Of a stretch of 64,000 nt of DNA, positions 37,490-49,730 are shown piece by piece; the stretch's first letter is position 1, and every line of letters starts with the position of its first letter. The stretch comes from Chiloscyllium plagiosum (Eukaryota): positions 32,256,791-32,320,790 of the forward strand of contig NC_057718.1 of NCBI RefSeq assembly GCF_004010195.1, in the 5' to 3' direction. Below the pieces are notes generated by a model, which saw only the letters and a list, made by a program, of their open reading frames with translations, was not told the origin of the DNA and ran no database searches. Made by a program: the position numbers and the translations under genes.

Positions 37490-37622
37490 TGGTGTTGGAT
37501 GGGTGTGTACAAAGTTAAAATTCACACAACACCAGGTTATAGTCCAACAGGTTTAATTGGAAGCACTAGCTTTCAGAGCGCTGCTCCTTCATTACAAGCA
37601 CTGATGTTGTGTGATTTTTAAC
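37490..37622. mobile_element. Fold-back element of a third family (C) with a decayed hammerhead core
   Basis: gttaaaattcacacaaca / tgttgtgtgattttaac arms; minus 37595-37567 reads GUAAUGA-A-GGAGC-AGC-GCUCU-GAAA-GCUA; TSD CTCATGAA(T/C)CC at 37479-37489 and 37623-37633. Confidence 0.7.
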
Positions 37623-39304
37623 CTCATGAACCCAGTGTGAGGAAGAGCTTGAATGGTTTGACAGTCTATTTATCTCTTATTTTTCTTATGTTCTTGAGTG
37701 ACTAACATAATAAACATCAGTTCAGATTAAGCTTTTGTATAATTGTATTGTTAGAGTACTCATGTGGTGCTCAATTTGTGAAATGCAGCTCCTTAAAATT
37801 ACTGAAAGGCAGCTTTGTGCTAATGATTCTGAAATGCTGTAAGGTTCCTATTCATATGCATTGTGAGCACTAATTTCTCTGAAGCCTAACCAATTGTACA
37901 ATAAATTTGCAGAATACCCCAGTGCAAAATGTCATCATGTTTGGCTGTTGGCTTTTATTTCTCAGCTCCTTTAAGCAATAGCACTTAATCTAATTGTCAT
38001 TATAATTTGATGATTTTTGGAATCCCTTTCTATTCTTGAAGCAGCAGAGTCACGCGATAGCTTATGGAGCTCCGAAAGCAAATATTGGCGTTTTTTAAGT
38101 TATTCTTTCAGTCATGCGACAGCCATGTTGTCTGTTTCTTGCTGTATTGGGCCAGATTTGTATCTCAGAATATTAGAAAGATCTTTTAATTATTTATTTG
38201 TCAAACGTCACAGAAATTTTAGGTGTGGGGCAGACTCACACTTAGATGCCATGGATATTGTGTTGTAACCTGTACTGATCCACAGTTGGTAAAAAATGGT
38301 ACCTGTGTGTCTGCCTGACAATTGAAATCTGTTGAATGGTGTGGAGTGGTTATACTTAAGCAGATGATATTGCCTTTGAAATTTAACTACTCTTGTTTTG
38401 AGTAGAAGTACCCTTTCAACAATATATGAATTGGTAATTACTTCCAATCAGTCTCCAGCACAGAAAATTACAAATGTGGAGTCTCATTCTTTCAGATTTT
38501 ATTTATTCGAGATTTTGATAAATGAAAAATTCTGTGCAAGTTTTTTTAAAAACTTCCCTTCTTTTTGCTCTTACTTAATCCAATCATTCTTTCCTTTTTT
38601 TCATTCTGAAACTTAATTATTCTTCAGTACACATTCTTGATATCTTCTTCTTGGTATTCATTCTGTTACAATCACAAATCTGTAATAATGTTGGCTTTTT
38701 TCATTCACTCATGGGACGTGGGCATCACTGGCTGGCCAGCATTTTTATTGCCCGCCCCTACTTGTCCTTGAGAACATGGTGGTGAGCTGTCTTCTTGAGC
38801 GAATGCCAGGTTGAGATTCTAAATAATTGCTCATCCTGTTCATTCATGTTTCTGATGCCCTGCTTCTATTGCTGCACTGGTCTCAGCTCACATTTTCAAT
38901 AACATGCCACACAAAAATCATGAACATTCAAACATTCATGGGGAATGACAGATACTGCCAAGGAACAGCAAATTTGTCTGATAATTTTTTTTTGTATCGG
39001 AAATGATTTAATTCTGTCCTGTTCCAAAATAATGTGAGGAATGTATATTCTAAGTCGGTAAAATGGATGCTAATGCATTTGGCTGCAGAAGAACACTGCA
39101 CTTACACTGTTTGTTGCTTTCTCAATGTCAACACTTGACTACACCTCCACAGAGTCCAGTAATATAAATTAGAAGAAAACAAAATGCCAGACATCGGTAT
39201 GTTTTAATTTCCTCTCAAATAATAGGTATTGTCGAGAGAAAACTGCTCAAGACTAAACTGGCAGTACTGATTTCACAGCTGATGTTTCAAAAATATCTGT
39301 CCCA

Positions 39305-40140
39305 GTTTTTTGTATGATTCATGGGGTGAGGGTGTCACTGATTAGACCAACATTTAATGTCTATTCCGGAACCTTGAAACTGCTGCAGTCGCTGTAGTGT
39401 AGGTACACCATTGCATTGTTAGAAAGGGAGATCCAGGATTTTGACCCAGAGATACTGAAGGAATGATGTTTTACTTCCAAGTCAGGATGATGAGTGGCTT
39501 GGAGGAGAACTTGCAGATGGTGTTCCTATGTACCTGCTGTATTCCTAAGCACAGCGGTCACAGGTTTGGATAGTATGTTAGAGCAGCCTTGGTGATTCCT
39601 TCCCCCACTTTCATGAGAGAAAGTAGATTAATGTGTGGCTTGCTGGTTTGGAATTGTTCTACTTTTTGTGTACAGGACATACATGGGCTACTTTCCATAT
39701 TGTCAGGTAGATGCCAGTATTGTAGTTGTACTGCAACAGCTTGGCTAAGGACACAGCAAGCTCTGAAACATAAGTCCTCAGTACTGTTCCTGGAATATTG
39801 TCAGTGCCAGAGCCTTTGCTGCATCCAGTGCCTTCAGCCATTTCTTGATACAGTATCACGTGGAGTGAATTGAATTGGTTGAAAACTGGCATCTGTGACA
39901 TTTAACATCCAGTAGGGGGCCAAAGTGGATCATCCCCTCAGCACTTCGAGCAGTAGATGGGTGCAAATGCTTCAGCTTTATCTTATGCACTAATGTGCTG
40001 GGCACTCTTTCATTGGTGGTGGGGATATTTGTGGAGCCTTCACCTCCCTGATAGTTGTTTATTTGTCCAGTACCATTCATGACTCGATGTGCCAAAACTG
40101 CAGATCTTAGACCAGATCTGTTGGTTATTGGACCTCTTAA
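39305..40140 (-). mobile_element. Second LINE family fragment
   Basis: ORF 39659..39901 GTDNIPGTVLRTYVSELAVSLAKLLQYNYNTGIYLTIWKVAHVCPVHKK = start of a LINE RT. Confidence 0.8.
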
Positions 40141-43100
40141 TGCTGTCTATTGATAAGACCGTTGTCAGACTAATAGTACCAAAAAATGTTGTGTCCCAGG
40201 GTATGATTCACCCTCCTCTGTTGGGTTGGGGGGAGGGAAGAGATCAGAACTATTTCTCTGACCCTGAATCTGCCCTTCAGGGAGCGGTCATTGAAACATC
40301 ATAGAATCCCTACAATGGGAAAGAGCCCATTTGGCCCATCAAGTTCACATTGACCCTTCAAAGAGTATCCCACCCAAACCCATTTTGTTGCACCTTGTGA
40401 TTTTTCCGAGAATGGTTAATTAACAGCTAGAAGACAGGCCCATTGTCCAGTACAGGTCAGTGATGGCCTCTGGGTGCAGTTAGAGACTTTGTAGTTTGAG
40501 AGGAGCAACAGGCTGTGATGGAGGGTAAATGCGATGGAAGGTGCTTCAAAGTGCAGCTGCCCTCCAGGCAAGGTCCTGAATCAAAATTCAATCTTTTTGC
40601 CAGCCCCCCATTGTGAGGATAGTGGGGAGGGAACCCAGAGTGCAGCCAGCAGCTGCTGTTCAACCAGAGAAGGATGTCACTGAATTAACAGTAAATCTGT
40701 GTGGAGTGATGTACCCAGTGTGTGTCATTGAGAGGCTGCCACATCATCCGTAACTGGCTCCTTCCAGCTGTCGGAAGCTGGACCCTAACTTGAGAATCTC
40801 AGTCAGCCTGTTTTCATTGGACTCAATAGGCTTTTGAAGATCCATTTTGATAATGTTCTGTGTTAAATGTTGGGCTTGATTTTGATATAACCACCGGGAT
40901 GGCTACCCAAGGAATTTTCTTCTAATTTTCTCACCTCTTTTTGAACTCAATTATAATCCAGTCATCAGCACCACTGGAACACTAAGTGGAAATCTGTGTG
41001 CATGCCATAAAGCAGTGAATACCAGGAGCACTCACAGAAATGGTCTGATTTACAATCATTACTGCACTGTTGATATAGTCTGTTCTGCTGTGCATGCTTC
41101 TTATCACTCATACACTGCGTTCAGCATACAGGCAATTTAGCATCACTATCCTGAGCTGACCTTTCAGTACCACATGATGTGAATATAAATTACTTTGTAC
41201 TGATGTGGAAAGTAACCTATTCAGCTTCCTTTTCTGTCAAAAATTACATGTGCATGTTCTTCAAAGTGGCCAATAAGAAAAAAAAGTGTTGATTTCATAA
41301 AGGTTATGACAATGTTTAGATTAGAAAAGTAGTTCCCATTAGCTAATGGAACAAAGAACAAATCAGATTCATGGTTTTGTCCATGAGGTGCAGATTGGAA
41401 AAGCCCATCGCAGTTCAAGCTTAATCCTTTCCTAATCTAACCTGCATTTCCAGTTAGTGGTCAGAAGCAGAAAGCTCCCCCCAATGAGTCCCTCTAAAAC
41501 AAGCGTGGTGAAGGCAAATATACTGCTCCCTACTACCATCCCAGTTGAGATCAGCCTTTCTCAGCAGAGGCAGAGATCAAACCAGGGAAATTTATGGTCT
41601 CTGTGGCCTAGTTACTCCCTAGATAAACACACTGACCTTCCCTTTTATGGGAGCACTGTTGTCAATAAACTTAATTATGGCAAGAAAATTCACCAAGTAA
41701 AATTGTCAAAAGTCAAACTTTCCAATTAAGCTCAGTGAATGTCCACAGAACTCATGAGAAAGTAAACCTCTTGCCATCAGTTCTTACAGAGATTCAAATT
41801 TTAAAATGCATCACTGTGAAAAATTGCTTGTTGGGTATACTTGATGTTTAGCTCCACTATAAGAATGACTAAATATTGGACTTGCCTACTACTGTGATTA
41901 AAGTTATTGGATCCCTTTCAATCTAACTCTTTATTTTAGATTTCATTTCTTAATATTCCAGGATGTCTCAAACTGTCAGCAACATTTTATTTTGAAGTTG
42001 CTCATGGAAAAATATATGTGAGAATAACAAAAAACTTAGATGTCTGAGTTGTTTACTTCAGAAAAACATGCAGATATTTTAAAATTCAAATCTTCTGAGA
42101 AATCCAATCTGCTCTTGGAAATATTAAAATTGTAAAATAGTGTTCCAATTATGCTGTTTGATGTGTTCAAAATACTTGAGTATAAAATGTAAAATGGAGG
42201 GACTAAAGTGATCCACAACAATTTTACCTGATATCATGGCCATTGAGAATCTTGAGGGATGTGTGTATGTTCAGTGAGCTTTCTATTGTGTTTGTTGATC
42301 CTTACACTTTGAAATATGTACAGCTGGTTCATATTTGCAGACCACATTAACAAGAATAATGTCACTCCCATAGAATGAACAGACTCTGTTTTCCGATGCC
42401 TGGTGAGAACAATTAATGGGAAGAGAGTAAAATCTTGGTACAAATGTCACTTTAATTCTTCGAACTTAGCATCACCTAGTTTCCATTGAATGCCTGTTGC
42501 TTTTTGCAATTTTCTGTAACTCGAGCAGAGGCAGATCATAGCTTCAAGATCTTACCAAGGTTGCAAGACAAATTAATGGGATTGTACAACTGTGATTTTT
42601 TTGTCAAGAAACCTCTCTACTGCCTGCTGTCATGTCTGACAGATCAAAGATTTTCTATGTGGAATCATGGCCGCCAAAAAGCATTCTGCTCTTCCATGTT
42701 ATTACAACGAATGTGCCTTGAGATAGCTCAACCCTATTGAGGAGGAGCAAAAATCCCCTCCAGTTAACTCAAGCTTTCAAGCCCACGAGAAATTCGGTTC
42801 TCTAGCAACCAACTGTAGATCCCAGGCATATGGATGTGAACCAGAGTCCTCACAACTTTGCATTCATATTTGATCTTCAGATGAGCTTCTGACTAACTGT
42901 ACAAACAGCGAAAGACACTGCCTTTTTCCATTTCCAGAACATCATCTGACTCCATTCTTGCCTCAGCTTTTCTGTGACCAAAATCTTCATCCTTCCATTT
43001 GCTGCCTCCAGACTGGACTTCTTAAACATACTTCCCACTGGATTTGCACTGCCTGTTCATTTGTTATCCTCCGTGCCTTGGAGTTGTTGTCAAGGTCAAC

Positions 43101-43510
43101 TGATGCCATAATATCACATGACTTCTTCCACTTGCTCCAAGACAGCATCCTCAGTCAGTACACAAATCCAATCCTCACTCTCAGGGCCATTAAGCACTTC
43201 AGTCTTTACCATCTGAGCCAGCCAGTACTACTCATAATTCTACCCTCCACAGTAGCTTGGTTGTGACCTTGCAAATCCATCTCAGCTATCAGCCCTGTGG
43301 TTCATGACCTATATCGGCTCCCAGTTAAGCAACATCCTGGTTTGAAACTTTCATTCTGGTTTTCAATTCCCTCCATGATTTCACCCTGCCCATTTTTTGC
43401 AATCACCTTCAATCTGCCATTATATTTGTGGTCATCCAATTCTGACATTAAAGAACCCTGATTTAAATTTGTCTGTTGTTAGTGCTATATCTTCAGTGGC
43501 CTAGGCCTCA

Positions 43511-43827
43511 GGCTGCCCAGTGGTTAGCACTGCAGCCTCACAGCGCCAGAGAACCAGGTTCAGTTCCCACCTTGGGCAACTGTCTGTGTGGAGTTTGCAT
43601 GTTCTCTCCATGTCCGCGTGGATTTCCTTCGGGTGCTCCGGTTTCCTCCCACAGTCCAAAGATGTGCAGGTTAGGTGAATTGGCCATGCTAAATTGCCCG
43701 TAGTGTTAGGTGAAGGGGTAAATGTAGGGGACTGGATCTGGGTGAGTTGCTCTTCGGAGGGTCAGTGTGGACTTGTTGGGCCAAAGGGCCTGTTTCCACA
43801 CTGTAAGTAATCTAATCTAATCTAATC
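43511..43827 (+). mobile_element. HE1-type V-SINE with (TCTAA)n tail
   Basis: cagtggttagcactgcagcctcacagcgcc...V-domain...ggcctgtttccacactgtaagtaatctaatctaatc. Confidence 0.92.
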
Positions 43828-44499
43828 CTCATAAGGTTGCTCTCTCCTCGAAGATGCACCTGCTACTTTGATGAGGCTTTTGGCCAACTGCTCTGATATC
43901 TTATGTGTTATGATGCCAAATGCTCTTGTGAAGTATTTTGGCACATTTTATTATGTTGTCTAATTAAGAGAATTGCTGTAGTAGGACCTTTCCTAGGAAA
44001 ACATTTTGGGCATAACTTCATGCAGGAAGCAGAACTCCTGCTGAAGAAACCAAAGGCAGGAAGTAACATTGCTTTGACCAACAGTTGGATCCTCTCAAGG
44101 CACATTACCCACGGTGGCTAATCAAATGGAGACTAATGAGTGGTGGAAGCCTGTGTGAAAAGTACCCAGCCAACTCAGAGGGTCAGCAGTCCCTGTGCCA
44201 CGAGGTGTCTGGTGCTGAGGCTGAAACTGCAAGAAGATAACATCTGAATGGCCAAGGTACCCTCCAGGAGGGTTAGGTGAGGTTGGGGGATGTCATTGCC
44301 AGGCAAGCCTACACTGTTATTTTGGAAGAAGGGGTTGCTGGTGGGGTTGGTGACGTCATTGTAATGGGAATGACCAATTTTACTGGGGTTAGGCCCTTTG
44401 TGGGTGATGGAGTGTCCAGGAAGGAATGTCCAACACCCCAACTCTAGCAAGTGCTTGTAGTTTCAGCAATTTTAAAGGCCTGGTCACCTGACATTTTAA

Positions 44500-44752
44500 T
44501 GCAATAAAAGCAGAGGGGGTTGAGGTGTTGGGGTGGTGCAGAGGCAAGGTTTTGGTGATGAGATGGGGAGCAAGGAGGAGAAGGAGGAGAGTGGGGTTGG
44601 GAGGGTTAGAAAGAAACGGGTGAAGTGAGTGACGGCATGGGGAAAGAGTAGTTCAGAGAAGGAGGAGCGATGAAATAGAGTGGAGGTTGAAGGAAGTGGG
44701 CAGAGAGGGTGAACGATATGAGGGCATGGGGAGGAAGGGGCGTGGAGGAGGG
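44500..44752. repeat. G/A-rich low-complexity tract
   Basis: Direct observation. Confidence 0.7.
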
Positions 44753-44999
44753 TTCATTATACTAAGTAATTATCATAATTATAATTTTTTAATTGATACT
44801 GTTAACATTATAATGCTCATTGCCGTCATTTGTCTATGTTAAAGAATCATACAGTTCACACCACTGTAGCTGACACTTAGAAAGAAATGCTTGATACTTA
44901 TGATTTTGAGCTAAAGAATTTCTAGATTTATTCTAAATTTTGTTAGTTTTAAGAGAACCTCAATTGTGCTCAAACATCAGTTCTAGGAGGAGATAGAGG

Positions 45000-46185
45000 C
45001 TAACAGACTCTTGAGCTGGCTTTGCTATTCAATAAGATCACAGCTAATCCTAAACTCAACTCATGTCCAACCCATAATGCCTTGTGATTCCCAAATACCT
45101 ATCAATCTCCTTAATGAACACAATTAAGACAGAGAATTCCAAAGATCCAGAGTCCACTGAATGAAGAAAACTCTCCTCATCTTTATCCTGAGATAATTCC
45201 TTTACCCTGAGACTACTCCCTGCCCCTTGTTCCAAACTCTCCAGTCAGGAAACAGTCTCTCAGTATTTATCCTGTTCTGGGTTTCGGATTCTTGTACGTT
45301 TCAATGAGAACACTCATTCTGGCTTTTATTGGTAGAGGAATTGAGTTCCGGAGTCCTGAGGTCATGATGCAGTTGTATAAGACTCTGGTGCGGCCGCATC
45401 TGGAATATTGTGTGCAGTTTTGGTCGCCATACTATAGGAAAGATGTGGAGGCACTGGAACGGGTGCAGAGGAGGTTTACCAGGATGTTGCCTGGTATGGA
45501 AGGAAGATCGTATGAGGAAAGACTGAGACACTTGGGGCTGTTTTCATTAGAGAAAAGAAGGTTTAGGGGTGACTTGATTGAGGTGTACAAGATGATTAGG
45601 GGGTTAGATAGGGTTAACAGTGTGAACCTTTTCCCGCGTATACATCGAGGGCCAAAGGGCCTGTACTGCGCTGTATTCTTCTATGTTCTATGTTCTATGT
45701 TAACACCTTTGAACCTTCTAATGAACAGAGAGCATAGGCCCATTATACTCTATTGATCTTCATTGGACAACTCTTGTCATTCCAGGAATTATTACAGTTG
45801 ATTGTCATTGCATAATCTTAAAGACAATATATCTGTTGTAAGGAAACCAAATCTGTACAAGCACTGATACAATATATACATGCTCCAGGTGTGATCTCAC
45901 CAAAACCCTGTAAAAGTGCAGCAAGGCTTCTTTACTCATGAAACGAAGGCAGATATATTATTTGTCTTCCTATTTGCTAGATGTTCTTGCATATCCATTT
46001 TCTGAATCTCTTGAGGAAGGATACCCAAATTCCTCAAAACATTAACATTTAATACTTCTCATCATTTGCAAAACAACATCTAATTTCCTTACTTTCAAAG
46101 TAATTACCTCACACTTTAGCTCATTACACCCCTCCTTCCTGCCCTCTTCCCCTCCCACATAACAAATCTACATCCTTTGCACACT
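45000..46185. mobile_element. Old minus-strand CR1 fragment interrupted by a young plus-strand CR1 3' piece (45315-45700)
   Basis: ORF 45292..45756 LAFIGRGIEFRS...RPHLEYCVQFWSP...RGDLIEVYK; (ttctatg)n tail ~45677-45700. Confidence 0.85.
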
Positions 46186-47072
46186 CTTTGGCCTGGATTA
46201 CTGCTCCTGGATTAGGCACATGCAGAATCAAGATATTTCCTGGCACTGCAAACCTGAGCTGGGTAAAACTGCCCCCAAAGTTGGAGTGATCATTCTGGGG
46301 AGCAGGGTTCCCCAGTGGGGGGTGGGGGTCATGCCAGGTAACCCCAGAATGAATCTAAAATATGCAGCAGCCCTCAATCTTCAAATCCCACTCACCCCTT
46401 GCACAATGCCCATGCTGCGTGCCAAACTGTGCCACCGCATGCCCCCGCTCATCCTCATGGCTCCTCATACCTTCCTACCATTTGTCCCTTTACTGACCCT
46501 GTAACTCTTCTTACCCCTTGTTCACCCATCATGTGCACCCCCATGCACTGTCCATGGTACTCTATAGCATCATGTCATCTTAATGCTAATACATTCCAAG
46601 ATTCATTTGGCACTTTTGAGAGTTCCATTTGAAAACTCACATTAATAGTTCAAGGTGGATGACAGTTAATGATTTTAAGCATTTTTATCCACATTTCATT
46701 GATTTTTATCAATTCCAATCAACTCTATTGGAGGGTCAAAACCAAGCCTATATGTCTTCCTCCCTCCTTGCTTTCTTCCCTAACTCGTGTTACCCACACT
46801 TGGCCCCTCTGCCTAATGTAGATTGTAAATATCCGAAGGCCCAACATGGATCCTAATGGCACTCGAATAGGAACACCAACTAACCTGAAAATGATCAATT
46901 TATTCTCACTCTGTTTTTTTGTCCTTTGGCAAATCTGTCACCTGAGACTGAACATTCCAAATTCTGGGGAAATTTTACCTACGTTCAGGTTTGCAGTGCT
47001 CGGAAATATTCTGAATGTATCTGAACCATGAACAAATACCCAGCCAAAGAATCTGCAAAGGATGCATTTAAT

Positions 47073-47242
47073 TACTGAAAACTACAAATGCTGGAGCTCA
47101 CAGCAGGTCAAGCAGCATCCATTGTCATCTAGACTCGAAATATTAACTTGCTGTCTCTCCATGGTTGCTGTTTGACCCGCTGTGATCGCTAGCTTTTGTA
47201 GTTTTCAGTATAGATTGCAGCACCTGCAGTAATTTGATCCTG
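47073..47242. mobile_element. PLE-derived fold-back element (variant D), centre deleted
   Basis: tactgaaaactacaaa (47073) / tttgtagttttcagta (47195-47210); core remnant gtcatctagactcgaaatattaac. Confidence 0.7.
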
Positions 47243-48339
47243 CTGTTCATGCATATTCCTTAAGGGGAATAAGGCCATAGGAGGAGTGTAATGAGCTTAA
47301 GTGTGAGGGGAATTATTTTGATTGGGAGAAGATTTGAATTTTTTTTAACAAAGGATAATATATTATCCCCACCCTCATAAACCATTGTCTTGTGCATCAT
47401 CCTTTATTGTGACACTTCATCAAATGCTTTTTGTAAGTTCTGATATTAATTATCCACTGGATTCCCTTTACCTTTCTTGTTAGTTACATCCCCAAAAGAA
47501 CCTAATAAATTTGTCAAGCACAATTTGTCTTTCATAAAACTATGCTGCCTCTATCAATTGGTGATACATTTTTCCAAGTGCTGTGTTAGCACTTAGTTCA
47601 TAATGGATTTCAACATTTCCCTGATGACTGATATCAGGCTAACTGACCTGTAGTTCCTGCTTTTCTCTTAATCCTTCCTTGGAGAATAGTATTGCACCTG
47701 CTAATATTTCAATCTAAAATCTAGGGACTGAATCTTACCAGAAATAGTGTGTGTTATTTTTTTGCCTGTTTCCGACAAGCTTTCTTGCTGCAGAGTCCAG
47801 CACCTTTTCTCATGCTAACATCTGAAATATGTTTCATTAACGACACAACAAAGCCTCTATGGCACCCTGCCTGTCCTGTTGTCCCACTTGCCATAGGTGG
47901 TAATGCTTACCATTACCGGGAAATCCCAGGATTCCTGGCACCGCAGCTATTGTTAAAAGGCCACTGTGCACCTGATCAATCTTTGACAGTCTGAGGTTGC
48001 TCTTTATCATACAATTAGTGGGACAGCAACTATAAACCAATGCTTCTTAGCGCACATGGGGAAACAGCTGACACTTCATTGCAAGTACAAGTGCATGTTT
48101 GCACTCACATGTCTTACCAATCCTCAGCAAAATCCATCTTACAGCCCTTTCTAAGTTAATGCTACTCTTTCCCCAATGCTGAGTATAGCCCAGTATCTTA
48201 ATTTATTGTGGGAGCATCTCGTACAGAAAAGTTTTCAAAAGCTTCAAAGCATTCACATCTATTCAGCAATAACAAAAAGGAACAGACAGAGACTGTATGC
48301 GTTCTGAGACTAGCAGGCATTGAGTGATCACTGAAGCTA

Positions 48340-49730
48340 GCTCTCGCTTACTGGATCTTGGTGTCCGGCCTGATTTGTGGCACCTAACATTGCTGGTTGC
48401 TGTGTTCTGTCATGCGGATTGCCATCTCCCTGCTGCTCAATATCCTTATCTTCCTCCTTTGAAGATTGTTCCCTCTCTCTCAGCTTGTCTGTCTCCATCA
48501 CATCCCTTTTTTGCCTACTCCAGTTGTGCAGAGCACAGCCTGCTTGGAATTTGAGGCACAGTGTCTGCAAGGCCAATCCAGACTGATCAAGGCATGTCAG
48601 AGCCCCATCTTCAGGAGAGTCATCATCTTCACCACTGTGGCCCTGACCTGCATTATATCCTCTGTTACCTAAATCTGGGCTTTGTATAATGGACCCATCA
48701 GACATTGTCAAACAGCATGGCCCTTGTCCCCCAGTAACCATATTTGTAACCATCCAGCTCTTGAAACAAGCAGGAACATGACAAATCTCAAGGATATAGA
48801 CCTCATGGAAGCTGCCGGGATACCTGGCACAGACATCTCAGTTGTGATTTTTTATTCAGTCACGGGATTGTGAGTGTCACTGGCCAGCATTAATTGTCCT
48901 TCTGTAATTGTCCAGTGGACAGTTAAGCACGTTGCTGTGGGTCTGCAGTCACGTATAGGCCAGATCAGGAAATGACAGCAGTTTCCTTCCCTGAAGTACA
49001 TTAGAGAACCAGATGGGTTCTTATGACAATGACAAGTGGTTGCATGGTCATCATTAGACTCTTAATTCCAGATTTGTTATTGAATTCAAATCCTACTATC
49101 TACCAGGGAAGGATTTGAACCCAGGTCCCCAGGCATTACTGGGTCACAGAATTAATAGCCTACTGATAACACTATTAGGCCTTCATCTACTGATGGTACT
49201 GATGAACAGAGAGGTTTACATTTCGATTGAATAGAAAATTTTTCTGTTAATGAACTCAACTACGTTATGAAATGGTCTTCTGAATGTGATGTTTGCACAG
49301 TCTATCACACCCTGCACCAGGGGAATGCCAACTGCTGACAAAGCCTAATACTCGGGCTGTAGCACTGACCTGGGAAGTGACATGAATGAGTATAATCTGT
49401 CACAAATTGCATTGGTAAAATCCTTAATACATTTGCGAGTGAATGATTGGGAGATATTGCACAGGTGTCCAGTTGCTCCTTGGAAGGAGCCAAATGCATA
49501 AAAGTCTGAACAGAGCTGTCATCTTCATGGTCACCATGATAGAATGCCACCCATTCCTTCAGGTCTTATGTTCCCCCTCCAGAACTAGACATTGTTCTAC
49601 GACAGTGTCCCAGGACATCCTCAGTCTGCAGCCACACTTCAGACATTCATCTGGAGAAACTGGCATCAAGGATGAAAGACTCTGGTCCTCCTGTACCTCC
49701 TCTGCAGCCTGAGGGAACCTTCAGTTGTGA
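48340..49730 (-). pseudogene. Harbinger (HARBI1-like) DDE transposase pseudogene
   Basis: Manual minus-strand translation across frameshifts, in order: FYAFGSFQGATGHLCNISQS, GIPLVQGVIDCANI, EFINRKIFYSI, DVCARYPGSFHEVYIL, WLLGDKG, CLDQSGLALQ, GCALHNW, then an acidic tail. Confidence 0.85.
48848..49190 (-). mobile_element. tRNA-derived SINE with LINE-derived tail, inserted in the Harbinger transposase
   Basis: Reverse B-box gatttgaacccagg (~49112); body shared with ~18005-18245 and ~56975-57305. Confidence 0.75.

Noticed and set aside
48337..48753. Domesticated HARBI1 gene
   Set aside because: Multiple stops, frameshifts and a SINE insertion indicate a dead transposon
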